From: Bacteroidota bacterium
Lineage (GTDB): Bacteria; Bacteroidota; Bacteroidia; Bacteroidales; FEN-979
Direction: 5' to 3'
Assembly (NCBI GenBank): GCA_037138335.1
Contig: JBAXIO010000005.1
Coordinates: 93,088-157,087 of the forward strand
DNA: 64,000 nucleotides
Part shown: piece by piece, positions 9,483-19,333 of the stretch
Numbering within the stretch: the stretch's first letter is position 1
Layout of the letters: the number at the start of each line of letters is the position of its first letter
Made by a program: the position numbers and the translations under genes
The notes under the pieces: generated by a model
What the model was told of the DNA's origin: nothing
What the model saw: only the letters and a program-made list of their open reading frames with translations
Database searches by the model: none

Positions 9483-10190
9483 TCAATTATTTCGTGTCTT
9501 CTTTAGTTCTTTTTCATAAGGGCGGAAGAACAGTTTTACGTAATATAAGCCAAAAGCTTCATTCATAACTTCCCTAAACCCTTTGCTTGAGTGCCACCAG
9601 TTGTTTGGGCCATAGAAGATGTTCGGCAGTGAAATTATCCCGACCCTTATCGAATCCCCCATTGCCGCCTGGAACAAAATACGTGAACGGGCTCCGTGAA
9701 CGCTCATTGTCATCAGATTGACCGCTTTAATATCCGGCCTGTGGGTTTGAAGCCAATACCTGAGAGCAAGTCCGGAATTATATGTTCTGTCATTCATGAT
9801 CTCATCTGTTTCAACAACCACCAGTCTGGTGGAATCAAATCCCAGTTTCTTCAGTGATTCCGCTGCAACTCTCGCTGTGTTTTTGTATTCCGACAACAAT
9901 CCCCCCGATTCGATGGGTGTCCCCGTTGTCACAAGAAGTGAATAATGGCCTTGTTTGAATTCCTTTATGGCATCGGCCAACACATAATCACTTATAAACC
10001 CTTCAAGGGCCAATACTGTTGTTTTTTCACGCTGTACAGGGGATAGAATGGAATACAGGTTCCTGAAAAAGAGAAAAGAAGGAACCGTCAGTATGAGGAT
10101 GAGCAGAATCCAGCCCCAGGCCGTCAATCCCCACCTGATTTTCCTGTTTACCAATAAACAACCCTTGCGGTTTTCTTCCATTTCCATCAT
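9483..10190 (-). CDS. YdcF/ElyC-like (DUF218) membrane-anchored protein
   Basis: One N-terminal TM helix, then LVTTGTPIESGG...TYNSGLALRYWL...MTMSVHGARS, which resembles the DUF218 fold pattern. Call is from memory of the family only. Confidence 0.5.
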   Translation of the reverse strand: MMEMEENRKGCLLVNRKIRWGLTAWGWILLILILTVPSFLFFRNLYSILSPVQREKTTVLALEGFISDYVLADAIKEFKQGHYSLLVTTGTPIESGGLLSEYKNTARVAAESLKKLGFDSTRLVVVETDEIMNDRTYNSGLALRYWLQTHRPDIKAVNLMTMSVHGARSRILFQAAMGDSIRVGIISLPNIFYGPNNWWHSSKGFREVMNEAFGLYYVKLFFRPYEKELKKTRNN

Positions 10191-11755
10191 TCTCCGAGAT
10201 GTTCCTTCCTGAGAAGGTCATTCACTGTCTTCACCGGGTTAAACGTGATGACCGGAACCTCCAAGAAAACCGTCAGCCAGTCGGCCATTGCCCCGTTCCA
10301 CAAACCCGGTCTCTCTAATGCCTTAAGGTTTTTCCCCCCGCTTGATTTTAAAGAAATAAATCCTGTTTCTTCGTCTACATACTTTGCAAGATCGAATTTG
10401 TGGCCCTGGTAATCACGAAATGAGCATACAAGGTCGACCGGATTGAAATGGGTCGCAGAACGAAAAACGTAAAGCTGTCGGGGATCTTTTAAATTAACCT
10501 GGGAAGATTCGACGATTTGCAGTGATATCCCGCCATTTGTGTTCTTAACCCAGTATGGACCACCTCCGGGCTCGCCTTCATTTTTTACCATCCCGCAAAC
10601 CCTCATCGGCCTGTTTAATCTCTCGAAGAGCCATTTGACCTTCTCTTCCATTGTCAAACCTGAAAAACTGACCGGCATGTCAAGGGAGAGGTACTTCAAT
10701 CCAAACTCTATAATATCTGATATGTTTTGCGTTGTGCAGTTTCCTTCATGAACTTTAGTGAGAAATTCAAAAATGTGCTTTCTCATCCATAACAGGTATC
10801 CACCTATCAGTTTTTTATTAATGACCGTAGGCTCTTTTAAACGATCGGGAACAATGTTGTCAATATTTTTTACAAAAACAATATCCGCATCTATATCGCT
10901 GAGGTTCTGCAGAAGAGCGCCATGCCCGCCGGGCCTGAACAACAGACTGCCGTCAGCATTTCTGAATGGTTTATTTTCCTCATCAACAGCAAGGGTATCA
11001 GTAGATGGTTTCTGAACAGAATAACTGATATCAAAGTGAACGTTTAGTGCTGATTCATAGTAGGCCCTTACATTATCCACCAGGCCCTCAAACCTTGACC
11101 TGTGCTCCGGGGAGATTGTAAAGTGCAGACTGGCTTTATGGCTGCTATTGCTTGCATATAAAGCAGCTTCAACCATATGTTCTTCTGCGGAAGTCCTTGC
11201 CCCTTGCTGATAATCGTGAAATTTTATCAGACCTTTCGGCAGGTTGGAGTAATCAAGGCCCTGCCCGGTAAGGATATAGTCTATAATAGTAGAGAATTCA
11301 CGGTTTTTAACCAGGTCCTGAAGATTGAGGCCATCTCGGTCGAGCCTTAACGATAGTTCGGAATAAAATGCTATCTCCTGGAGATGAGTAATAAAATACC
11401 ATACTGAATTAAAACCTCTGTCATTGTTAAAAAGGGCCTCACCAGACGGACCGTTTTCATATTTCTCCCTGAATTCAAACAAATGCTTGAACATCCTGCT
11501 GGCTGCGCCGGATGCAGGAACAAATTTTACAACTTCAAGACCTTCAATGCCCTGCTCAAAAAAGCGCATGAATTTTTCTCTTTCATCATCAGCCGGGCAA
11601 ACAATGCCATCACCAGCAATCGCAGGCTTCTCAAGACTTATAAACGGGAAACCATGTTTGAAATGGCTGACCTGGCGTTCAAGGGTACCAACACCCATAT
11701 CCCTGTCGTTTATTTGTATAAGATCACTTTCTGAAAACATTGGGAATTTTTTCAC
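10187..11755 (-). CDS. Conserved Bacteroidota protein resembling DUF4301 (nucleotidyltransferase/UGPase-like)
   Basis: 522 aa. VPASGAASRMF resembles the UGPase-type nucleotide-binding loop; RPGGHGALL. Its stop overlaps the start of the downstream DUF218-like gene by 4 nt. Family name recalled, not verified. Confidence 0.45.
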   Translation of the reverse strand: MKKFPMFSESDLIQINDRDMGVGTLERQVSHFKHGFPFISLEKPAIAGDGIVCPADDEREKFMRFFEQGIEGLEVVKFVPASGAASRMFKHLFEFREKYENGPSGEALFNNDRGFNSVWYFITHLQEIAFYSELSLRLDRDGLNLQDLVKNREFSTIIDYILTGQGLDYSNLPKGLIKFHDYQQGARTSAEEHMVEAALYASNSSHKASLHFTISPEHRSRFEGLVDNVRAYYESALNVHFDISYSVQKPSTDTLAVDEENKPFRNADGSLLFRPGGHGALLQNLSDIDADIVFVKNIDNIVPDRLKEPTVINKKLIGGYLLWMRKHIFEFLTKVHEGNCTTQNISDIIEFGLKYLSLDMPVSFSGLTMEEKVKWLFERLNRPMRVCGMVKNEGEPGGGPYWVKNTNGGISLQIVESSQVNLKDPRQLYVFRSATHFNPVDLVCSFRDYQGHKFDLAKYVDEETGFISLKSSGGKNLKALERPGLWNGAMADWLTVFLEVPVITFNPVKTVNDLLRKEHLGE

Positions 11756-11916
11756 GAAGATACAAAACAGCTTTAATCTTGCTAAATCTTGTTGAATCCC
11801 TGGTCAATCTTTCGCCTTTAACGGATTTTTTATCACTTTTGTATACGATTGCTTAATTTTATATGTTGTCAAATTAAACCCCCAGGATTTAAATATTTTT
11901 TGAAATAATTTAAAAG

Positions 11917-13593
11917 ATGAAAAAACTGCTTGCTTTAATCATGCTATTCTATGGATACACAATATCCGCCCAGGTTGCCCCGCATAAGTATTTTATAGAG
12001 TTTAAAGATAAGAACCAGAACCCATATTCACTTGATCACCCTGAACAATTCTTAAGCGAAAGGGCAATACAAAGACGGCTGTCAATGGGGATAGGGTATG
12101 AGTTCAACGACATTCCGGTTACACCAGCTTACATACTTTCTGTACAAAATACAGGAGCTCAAATACTTAATCCAACAAAATGGCTCAACGGAACCACGAT
12201 ATACCTGGCTGATACAAACCTGATCCATACAATCAGAGCCTTGCCCTTTGTTAAGTCAGTGACAAAAGTCTCCATCCTGAAAACCGGCAAATCAGAATCA
12301 TTGGATAAATTTGATATTGAAAATCAAATAGTTCCGATTCCAATGTCCCTGCCGTCAATTAAACACACCTCAGCTTATGATTATGGGATATCCTTTGATC
12401 AGATTCATCTTGTAAACGGGGACGTCATGCATCAAAACGGTTTTCGCGGTCAGGGGAAAGTGATTGCCCAGCTTGACGCAGGTTTTTATCATGTTCCTGT
12501 TTTGCCTGCATTTGACAGCTTGAGGGCTAACAATCAAATACTTGGATATAAGGATTTTGTCAAGAACGGACTCCCTATTTTTGATGATCCCTCTGACCAG
12601 CATGGGATGTGGGTACTTTCTATCATGGGTGGAATTATGCCTGGTTACCTGATAGGCTCTGCTCCAAGGGCCGGTTTTTGGCTGTTAAAAACAGAAGAAA
12701 AATCACATGAATATGAAACTGAGGAGTATAACTGGGTATCAGGGGCTGAATTTGCCGACAGTGTAGGGGCTGATATAATCACTTCCTCATTGGGTTATAC
12801 TGTTTTTGATTCAACATTCAGGGATCATACCTGCGCTGACATGAACGGGCATACAACAGTTTGTACAAGGGGGGCAAATATTGCTTTCAGCAAAGGAATT
12901 GTGGTAATCGTAAGTGCCGGGAACTCAGGCAATGATCCGGGTTGGCGCTGTGTTAGTGCGCCGGCTGATGCCGATTTTGCAATTGCCTGTGCAGCTGTTG
13001 ATTCAAATGGGGTCAGAGTGGGTTTTAGTTCATTAGGGGTGGATACTGCCGGCCGGGTCAAGCCGAATGTTGCAGCCATGGGAGGTCTCACTGTAATACA
13101 GGATGCAGGCGGGGGAATCAGCAGGGGAAGCGGCACTTCGTTCTCTGCACCCATTATCGCAGGCATGACAGCTTGTCTGATGCAGGCTGAACCAGCCTTT
13201 GCCAATTCCTTTATTAAGAAAGCAATCGAACGCGCCGGTAATCATGCTTCCACTCCCGACAGTCTTACTGGCTACGGCATTCCTGATTTTGTTAAAGCAA
13301 TGACTATAATGTCGATAAACAACCTTAATGAAAGTAATAGTTTACATGCCTACCCCAATCCTGTTCTAAGCATGACCACCCTGAGCGTCACCTCCGGAAC
13401 AGGAGGGAGGGTATCAGTTAAGCTTATTAATTCACTTGGCCAGAATGCATGGGAAAAAGAAGTTAACATTGCGGCAGGGGAGAACAAGCTTAATATTAAT
13501 GACTTGTCGGGGCTGACACCAGGTGTTTATATCATACTGATTGACTCTGACTTTTACCATGCAAGAACTAAAATGATCAAACAGCCAGATTAA
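11917..13593 (+). CDS. Subtilisin-like S8 serine peptidase with a type A T9SS C-terminal sorting domain
   Basis: Catalytic triad contexts IAQLDAGF (Asp), DQHGMWVLS (His), GSGTSFSAPIIAG (Ser). Signal peptide present. C-terminus AYPNPVLSMTTLSV...GVYIILIDSDFYHARTKMIK is CTD-like. Confidence 0.85.
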   Translation: MKKLLALIMLFYGYTISAQVAPHKYFIEFKDKNQNPYSLDHPEQFLSERAIQRRLSMGIGYEFNDIPVTPAYILSVQNTGAQILNPTKWLNGTTIYLADTNLIHTIRALPFVKSVTKVSILKTGKSESLDKFDIENQIVPIPMSLPSIKHTSAYDYGISFDQIHLVNGDVMHQNGFRGQGKVIAQLDAGFYHVPVLPAFDSLRANNQILGYKDFVKNGLPIFDDPSDQHGMWVLSIMGGIMPGYLIGSAPRAGFWLLKTEEKSHEYETEEYNWVSGAEFADSVGADIITSSLGYTVFDSTFRDHTCADMNGHTTVCTRGANIAFSKGIVVIVSAGNSGNDPGWRCVSAPADADFAIACAAVDSNGVRVGFSSLGVDTAGRVKPNVAAMGGLTVIQDAGGGISRGSGTSFSAPIIAGMTACLMQAEPAFANSFIKKAIERAGNHASTPDSLTGYGIPDFVKAMTIMSINNLNESNSLHAYPNPVLSMTTLSVTSGTGGRVSVKLINSLGQNAWEKEVNIAAGENKLNINDLSGLTPGVYIILIDSDFYHARTKMIKQPD

Positions 13594-13614
13594 ACACATA
13601 AGATTATATCAGGC

Positions 13615-13653
13615 AGGCCCGGTTGAGATGAAACTCAGCCGGGCCTTTGTTTT
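13615..13653 (+). terminator. Rho-independent terminator after the S8 peptidase gene
   Basis: 12-bp stem GGCCCGGTTGAG / CTCAGCCGGGCC (one G-U pair), 6-nt loop ATGAAA, followed by TTTGTTTT. Confidence 0.85.
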
Positions 13654-13663
13654 AATCCATATG

Positions 13664-13941
13664 TTACAAATGTAATTACACTTGTAAACATTTGTATTTC
13701 CATGCAAGACCTATAAAATATAATGCCGGACTGTACAAATAACAATACTATATCAGCGATATTTCCTTGGCTAATGTGTATATAAGCAATGCAGGACTGT
13801 TAATAAGTGCATTATTTCATTATCCTCGGAAAAATATTGTAATGACAAGGTGGTTACACTTGTAATTATTCTATATTTACATTGTTGATCTCTGTAATGT
13901 ACATATGTAAACTACGCAAATTAGCAAGTTTACAAAAGTAA
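13664..13941 (+). promoter_or_regulatory. Array of TTACA-N2-TGTAA inverted-repeat sites (candidate operators) upstream of the XRE-family gene
   Basis: TTACAAATGTAA 13664-13675 abuts TTACACTTGTAA 13676-13687. An identical TTACACTTGTAA lies at 13854-13865. gTACATATGTAa at 13899-13910 (perfect 10-bp palindrome). TTACAAAAGTAA at 13930-13941 (one mismatch). Confidence 0.45.
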
Positions 13942-14031
13942 ATTAATGATAATGTTTAACTTTTTAATTCGTTATATATCAGTAAATCATTCGAATAAAT
14001 AAATTTAGGTAAACTTATAATTTAAGTCCAA

Positions 14032-14580
14032 ATGATTGAGCGGCTTCTTGAACTTATGCGGATAAAGAACCTGACAAGTTCGCAGTTGGCAGATGCTATT
14101 AAAGTACAGCGTTCGGGTATTTCACATTTCGTATCGGGCAGAAATAAACCCAGTATGGAATTCGTCCTGAAGATACTTGCCTACTTTCCGGAAGTAAATC
14201 CTGACTGGCTTCTTTTTGGCAAAGAACCTGTGTTCAGGAAACCTGTTGAGTTGTTCAATGAAGTATCTCTTCAGGAAACTAAGAATGAACATGGTTCTGG
14301 TACCAGGGATGAAATTTCAAAAAATCTGCAGCCATCTCTCTTGCAGGGATTGTTCCCCGGGCAGGAAAATCTGGATCGGCCGTCATTGGATAATATTAGT
14401 GAAACGTCTGACGATCAGATTATTAAAAGGGAAATATCGCGTAAGAAGGAAGTTAAGAGCCCAAAAAGAGACACTACCCTGGAAGAGCAATCTGGCGAGG
14501 GTGCGGTAAAAGAAGGAACTGCTGAACGGATTGTGATCTTTTATAAAAACAGGACATTCAGGGAATATTATCCTGAATGA
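14032..14580 (+). CDS. XRE-family helix-turn-helix transcriptional regulator with an acidic low-complexity C-terminal half
   Basis: N-terminal HTH_3 pattern LTSSQLADAIKVQRSGISHFVSGRNKPSMEFVLKIL...NPDWLLFGKEP. Confidence 0.75.
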   Translation: MIERLLELMRIKNLTSSQLADAIKVQRSGISHFVSGRNKPSMEFVLKILAYFPEVNPDWLLFGKEPVFRKPVELFNEVSLQETKNEHGSGTRDEISKNLQPSLLQGLFPGQENLDRPSLDNISETSDDQIIKREISRKKEVKSPKRDTTLEEQSGEGAVKEGTAERIVIFYKNRTFREYYPE

Positions 14581-14599
14581 TAAGCTTACATTCAGATAA

Positions 14600-15019
14600 T
14601 CAAACTCTTTCAAGATGGGAAAAGAAGAAACTGCCTTCCCTTTCGGCAGTCAGATCTGCATCGGAGCCATGAACAGCATTCTCGGTGATGCTTTTGCCGT
14701 AAAGGTTCCTTACGGTTCCGGGTTCAGCCTTTGATGGATCCGTTGCACCAATAAGCTTGCGGAATTCGGCCACTGCGTTCTCCTTTTCGAGGATTGCCGC
14801 AACTATGGGCCCGGAAGACATAAAGCGGGTCAAATCTTCATAAAAGCCTTTAGTGCTGTGTTCGGCATAAAACTGTCCGGCCTGCTGCCCGGTTAAATGG
14901 ATAAGTTTCAATGCAATCAGCCTGAATCCGGCTTTTTCAATCATGGCAAGTATGTTTCCTGTATGCCCTGCCGATATCGCAGAAGGTTTGATCATGGTGA
15001 ATGTGCGGGTTCCTGTCAT
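14600..15019 (-). CDS. ndk: Nucleoside-diphosphate kinase
   Basis: MTGTRTFTMIKPSA...GFRLIALK...NAVHGSD (active-site His context), 139 aa. I trimmed 24 codons of hydrophobic extension from the track start; the extension would overlap the divergent gene. Confidence 0.9.
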   Translation of the reverse strand: MTGTRTFTMIKPSAISAGHTGNILAMIEKAGFRLIALKLIHLTGQQAGQFYAEHSTKGFYEDLTRFMSSGPIVAAILEKENAVAEFRKLIGATDPSKAEPGTVRNLYGKSITENAVHGSDADLTAEREGSFFFSHLERV

Positions 15020-15074
15020 TTTGCTAAATATTGAATAAGACGGCGGCAAAAGTAAGACTATTTTTAAAATTATG

Positions 15075-15082
15075 TACTTTTG
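15075..15082 (+). promoter_or_regulatory. Candidate -7 promoter box TACTTTTG (TAnnTTTG) for the DHH phosphoesterase gene
   Basis: Exact consensus match 12 nt upstream of the ATG at 15094, in the 74-nt divergent spacer shared with ndk. Confidence 0.3.
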
Positions 15083-15093
15083 TGCCCTCATTG

Positions 15094-16131
15094 ATGGAAA
15101 ACTATTTAGAAAATACGGATTTTCATAAGATCCAGGAGGTCCTGGACCGCTCCGGCAAAATCATTATAACCACCCATACGAACCCCGACGGAGACGCAAT
15201 CGGGGCAAGTTTAGCAATGTATCGTTACCTGAAAAAACGGGGTTTCCTGGCCAGGGTTGTTATTCCGGACCTGTATCCTGAATTTCTTGCATGGCTTCCG
15301 GGTTCACAGGAGATTTTAATTTTTGATGAGGATCCCGAGGCATGCAAAGAATTTATAAGGGAGTCGGATCTTATTATTTGTGTTGATTTTAATAATCTAA
15401 ACAGGCTTAATGAGCTTGGAAGGTATATCAGGAGTACCGGCACCACAAAAATTCTCATAGATCATCATTTATACCCTTCCGAGGACTTCAGTTTGAAAAT
15501 TTCTTTCAGCAGGATATCTTCCACATCCGAACTGATATATGATTTTATCTGTGAATCAGGGTTTAAGCATTTTCTGGACAAAGAAATTGCCGAATGCCTG
15601 TATACGGGAATCGCCACCGACACAGGGTCTTTTAGTTATGCCTGCAATTACGTTAAAACTTATCTTATCACCGCCGAGCTGTTCAGCCTTGGGATTGATG
15701 GAGAACACATTCACCGCCTTATTTACGACACATACTCCGAAAGCCGTTTAAGGCTTCTTGGTTATGCAGTCAGTGGCGGGCTTACCGTACTTCATGAGTT
15801 TCATACCGCATACATTATTCTCACAAAAGAAGATCTCAATCGGTTCAATTACAAGGTAGGCGACACTGAAGGGGTTGTAAATTATGCCCTTTCAATCAAA
15901 GATATCAACCTTGCAGCACTATTTATGGAAAGAGATGATGAAGTCAAGGTTTCATTCCGTTCGAAAGGCAACTTTTCTGTTGATCGCCTCGCCCGTGAGC
16001 ATTTCGGAGGGGGAGGGCACAGCAATGCCTCAGGAGCCAATTGCTCACTGTCGATACGGGAGACTGTTGATCGTTTCCTTTCCTTGCTTCCTGAATTCAG
16101 GGAACAGCTGAAACATGTTTATAACGACTGA
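15094..16131 (+). CDS. DHH/DHHA1-family phosphoesterase (NrnA-like oligoribonuclease/pAp phosphatase)
   Basis: HTNPDGDAIGASLA (DHH motifs I-II), LIDHH (motif III), DTGSF (motif IV), DHHA1 GGGGHSNASGA. Start moved to ATG 15094 (MENYLEN). Confidence 0.8.
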   Translation: MENYLENTDFHKIQEVLDRSGKIIITTHTNPDGDAIGASLAMYRYLKKRGFLARVVIPDLYPEFLAWLPGSQEILIFDEDPEACKEFIRESDLIICVDFNNLNRLNELGRYIRSTGTTKILIDHHLYPSEDFSLKISFSRISSTSELIYDFICESGFKHFLDKEIAECLYTGIATDTGSFSYACNYVKTYLITAELFSLGIDGEHIHRLIYDTYSESRLRLLGYAVSGGLTVLHEFHTAYIILTKEDLNRFNYKVGDTEGVVNYALSIKDINLAALFMERDDEVKVSFRSKGNFSVDRLAREHFGGGGHSNASGANCSLSIRETVDRFLSLLPEFREQLKHVYND

Positions 16132-16133
16132 GG

Positions 16134-16712
16134 ATGTTCGCCAATACCCATTCGCTTGTTTCAGGGGCCTGCAAACTGTTATTTACAGTCATTTCGGCAT
16201 CAAGCCTTATATTCTGTCTTGCCTCCTGTGAACCTGAAACAAGGAGGGCCAGGGCAACTGACCACATCAGGATGATGGATGAGAAACTGCTTAATTACAA
16301 CCAGCAGGTTGTCAGGTCTGAAAATGATGAAATTGAGGATTACATTTCAAGGCATCAATGGAAGATGGTCAAAACACCGACAGGGCTCAGGTACATGGTC
16401 TACAGTAAAGGGAAAGGTGCGAAAATCAACAAGGGAGAGGAAGTACATCTTAAATACAAACTTACGCTACTTAACGGCAATGACGTATACGATTCAGAAT
16501 CATCCGGAATAAAGATTATTTTTCCCGGAACTTCCGAAGGGGAAACCGGTTTGCAGGAAGCCCTGATGCTTCTTTGTAGGGGCGATTTCGCCAGGCTTAT
16601 CGTCCCGTCCCATCTTGGGTATGGGTTGATGGGAGATCTGAAAAAAATCCCTGCAGGCGCAAGCCTTGTTTATGATATTCAAATCCTTGATACGGAACGG
16701 GGAAGCCGTTAA
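16134..16712 (+). CDS. FKBP-type peptidyl-prolyl cis-trans isomerase, lipoprotein
   Basis: Lipobox-like CLASC, FKBP_C pattern GEEVHLKYKLTLLNG...LIVPSHLGYG...IPAGASLVYDIQIL. Confidence 0.8.
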   Translation: MFANTHSLVSGACKLLFTVISASSLIFCLASCEPETRRARATDHIRMMDEKLLNYNQQVVRSENDEIEDYISRHQWKMVKTPTGLRYMVYSKGKGAKINKGEEVHLKYKLTLLNGNDVYDSESSGIKIIFPGTSEGETGLQEALMLLCRGDFARLIVPSHLGYGLMGDLKKIPAGASLVYDIQILDTERGSR

Positions 16713-16914
16713 TAACCTTTGACAAAGTGTTAATAAGTAAGCCTGGTTTTATATATCCGGCTGTTATGGACTTTACTATCTTGTTCAAATATTTAACACA
16801 TTGAGAAAATATAAAATATTTCAATTAAAATATTGACATTAAGATAATTACACATAATCAATTTATACACTGTTCAATTCAGAATACCAATTAATAACAA
16901 TTAAAATCAAAAAC

Positions 16915-18243
16915 ATGAAAAACAATTTCATTAAATCGTTGGGATTTTTATCACTGCTGGCATTGACGACTTTCGCTTGTTCATCCAAATATGCCGGATA
17001 TGATAAAACTGTCAATGGCTTGTATTATAAAATTATTAAAGGTTCAAAAGACACTATAAAACCCAGGATGGGTGACTGGGTGTCGTTGCAGATGAAGTGG
17101 CAGTATAAAGACTCTGTCATGTTTGACAGCCGAAAGAACCAGGGCGGTACACCAATCAGGTTCCAGTTACCCGCTTCCGATTTTAAAGGGGATATTTACG
17201 AAGGTTTAAAGCTTTTATCAGCCGGCGATAGCGCTGTGTTTCTGATCAATGCTGATTCTTTGTTTAAAAAAACATTCCGTCAGCCTTCCCGTCCGAAATT
17301 TGTTGATACGAATTCCGTAATTACCTTCTATCTTAAGCTCCTCACGGTCGACAATCCTCAAACCCTTATTAAGAAAGAACAGGCCGACCTTGCAAAATAC
17401 ATCAAGGATAAGAACATTACGACGCAGCCTACAACCTCGGGCATCTATTTCCTGGAATCAGTTGCAGGAAATGGAATTAAAATTGATTCGGGAACATGGG
17501 TCAGCGTCCATTTTAAAGTATCCCTGATCGACGGCAAACAGCTTTTTTCGTCATATGACAAGGGCGAGCCCATTACTTTTGAGTATGGCAAGCGTTTTGA
17601 CACTCCGGGAGTCGAGGAAGCCATCGGTATGATGAAAAAAGGCGGGAAAGCATCAGTCATCGTTCCTTCGAAGCTTGCTTTTGGCGAAGCCGGAAGGGGA
17701 GCCGTGGTTCCTCCATTCTCAACTATGCTTTATGATCTTGAAATTGTCAATGTTCAAACCAAGGCAGATCACGAAAAAACCATTGCCGTAGAAAAGAAGA
17801 AAGCCGACGAAAAACTGAAGAAAAGCAAGACTGATGAAATTTCTAATCTCAACAAATACCTGAAAGAGAAAAACATCACAGCCAAACCTACGGCAAGCGG
17901 TATCTATTACATTGAAAAAGTAAAAGGAACCGGTGCAAAGGCTGTAGCAGGGAAAACTGTCCAGGTCCATTACACAGGAACTCTTTTAAACGGAACTAAA
18001 TTTGACTCGAGCCGCGACAGGAACAAACCCTTTGATTTCACCCTGGGCCAGGGACAGGTCATTAAAGGATGGGACGAAGGCATAGCTATGATGAATGTCG
18101 GTGGCAAAGCGATCCTGATCATTCCTTCAAGCATGGGATATGGTGAACGTGATATGGGAACAATTCCTGCTTATTCCACACTGGTTTTTGATGTCGAACT
18201 TCTCGATGTGAAAAATCCTCAACCTGCAACTCCAAAGAAGTAA
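16915..18243 (+). CDS. Multi-domain FKBP-type peptidyl-prolyl isomerase (three FKBP-like modules), lipoprotein
   Basis: Lipobox TFACSS. Terminal canonical module: VQVHYTGTLLNGTKFDSSRDRNKPFDFTLGQGQVIKGWDEGIAMMNVGGKAILIIPSSMGYGE...IPAYSTLVFDVELLDV. Confidence 0.85.
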   Translation: MKNNFIKSLGFLSLLALTTFACSSKYAGYDKTVNGLYYKIIKGSKDTIKPRMGDWVSLQMKWQYKDSVMFDSRKNQGGTPIRFQLPASDFKGDIYEGLKLLSAGDSAVFLINADSLFKKTFRQPSRPKFVDTNSVITFYLKLLTVDNPQTLIKKEQADLAKYIKDKNITTQPTTSGIYFLESVAGNGIKIDSGTWVSVHFKVSLIDGKQLFSSYDKGEPITFEYGKRFDTPGVEEAIGMMKKGGKASVIVPSKLAFGEAGRGAVVPPFSTMLYDLEIVNVQTKADHEKTIAVEKKKADEKLKKSKTDEISNLNKYLKEKNITAKPTASGIYYIEKVKGTGAKAVAGKTVQVHYTGTLLNGTKFDSSRDRNKPFDFTLGQGQVIKGWDEGIAMMNVGGKAILIIPSSMGYGERDMGTIPAYSTLVFDVELLDVKNPQPATPKK

Positions 18244-18252
18244 ACTCTGCCA

Positions 18253-19314
18253 ATGAGGAAGATTTTGCTTGCCATTTTAGTATTGACCTGGTTCCTGCCC
18301 TCGCAAGGGCAGGAACTTGTGGTCAATTTCACTTATACCACTGTTTGCCTGGGAGGAACTACCCATTTTAAAAGCAGTTGTTCCATTGATACTACCATAC
18401 TGCCAAAAGATTCTATTATCTCAGTTGCCTGGGATCTATATGGCGACGGGAAGTTCAATGACGGCAATGACACAGTAAACACAGCTATTTATGGTTCCCC
18501 CGGAAATCATAACGTCGGGTTAAAAGCCATCACCAGAAATGGTATTGCAAAAGCAATTTATAAACTTGTTCCGGTGAACTTCCTCACCGCATTATTTTCT
18601 GCAACTTCAGGTTGCATCCAGGAACCGGCAAGGTTCACTAACCTGACCCTCATCTATGGAGATAGTACAGCCGTTCATTACCTGTGGAGGTTCGGAGATG
18701 GGAGCATGGTTTCAACCGCTAAAAATCCCACCCATTTCTATCCTGACTCCGGTTCTTACCATGTAACAATGGTGGCAAGTTTCAATGACTCATGCAAGGA
18801 TTCAGTGACCCATTCTTTAAAAGTGGCAGGAAACCCGGAAGTAATTATCGATTATTCCAGGGATACGGTCATGCGGAAGGGTGATACACTGATTGCCAGC
18901 GTCAGGGGTACATATGATAGTGTGAGGTGGTCCACAAAAGCAAAAACCTACTCCATTCTGATCACCAAAGCAGGTTATTACTCAGTTGAAGCATTCGAAC
19001 AATCATGTTCCGGCCAGGCGGGTTTTAATGTTACAGTCACAGAACCTGGCCCAGAACCTGTAATCGCCAACCTTTTTACACCAAACGGCGATGGCCTTAA
19101 TGACAAATGGAACATCCTGAACCTTAGTGATTTTAAACCTTGCGAGGCAAATGTGTTTAACCGTTATGGAATTAAAGTATTTTCAAGCAGTAATTACAAT
19201 AATGACTGGGATGGAACATTTAACGGGAAAAAGCTGGAAAATGACACTTACTATTATTTCGTCCGCTGTTCTAATCAAATTCTTTATAAAGGAAACGTGA
19301 ATATCTTAAAATGA
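18253..19314 (+). CDS. PKD-domain protein with a type B T9SS (gliding-motility-associated) C-terminal sorting domain
   Basis: Signal peptide, PKD-like WRFGDGS...NPTHFYPDSGSYHVTM. C-terminus NLFTPNGDGLNDKWNILNL...VFNRYGIKVF...WDGTFNGKKLENDTYYYFV matches the type B CTD signature. Confidence 0.8.
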   Translation: MRKILLAILVLTWFLPSQGQELVVNFTYTTVCLGGTTHFKSSCSIDTTILPKDSIISVAWDLYGDGKFNDGNDTVNTAIYGSPGNHNVGLKAITRNGIAKAIYKLVPVNFLTALFSATSGCIQEPARFTNLTLIYGDSTAVHYLWRFGDGSMVSTAKNPTHFYPDSGSYHVTMVASFNDSCKDSVTHSLKVAGNPEVIIDYSRDTVMRKGDTLIASVRGTYDSVRWSTKAKTYSILITKAGYYSVEAFEQSCSGQAGFNVTVTEPGPEPVIANLFTPNGDGLNDKWNILNLSDFKPCEANVFNRYGIKVFSSSNYNNDWDGTFNGKKLENDTYYYFVRCSNQILYKGNVNILK

Positions 19315-19333
19315 CCATATGAAGTCCTGAACT

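Noticed and set aside
13654-14031. Long AT-rich spacer; considered as a mobile-element scar, an ncRNA gene or a replication origin (one TTATCC-containing DnaA-box-like 9-mer).
   Set aside because: No integrase or transposase, no tRNA target, no flanking direct repeats, no GC-rich structured segment, and only one weak DnaA-like match with two mismatches. A regulatory spacer with operator-like palindromes is the simpler reading.
15020-15093. N-terminal extensions in the ORF track that make ndk (to 15091) and the DHH gene (from 15031) overlap head to head. Similar extensions occur on mutL (to 53453), the ACP gene (to 60573), the EEP gene (to 49825) and the OMP gene (to 59091).
   Set aside because: Internal ATGs give N-termini that match family expectations (MTGTRTFTMIKPS, MENYLEN, MSDIIRMLPE, MNQVVTEEL) and remove the overlaps. 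The extensions are hydrophobic or basic read-through of promoter DNA.
16780-16860. Recurrent AAAATAT/AATATT units (16806, 16813, 16827) upstream of the multi-domain FKBP gene; considered as a repeat element or a binding array.
   Set aside because: There are only three short AT-only units in a very AT-rich spacer. This is consistent with phased A-tracts or UP-like curved promoter DNA and cannot be distinguished from composition by eye.
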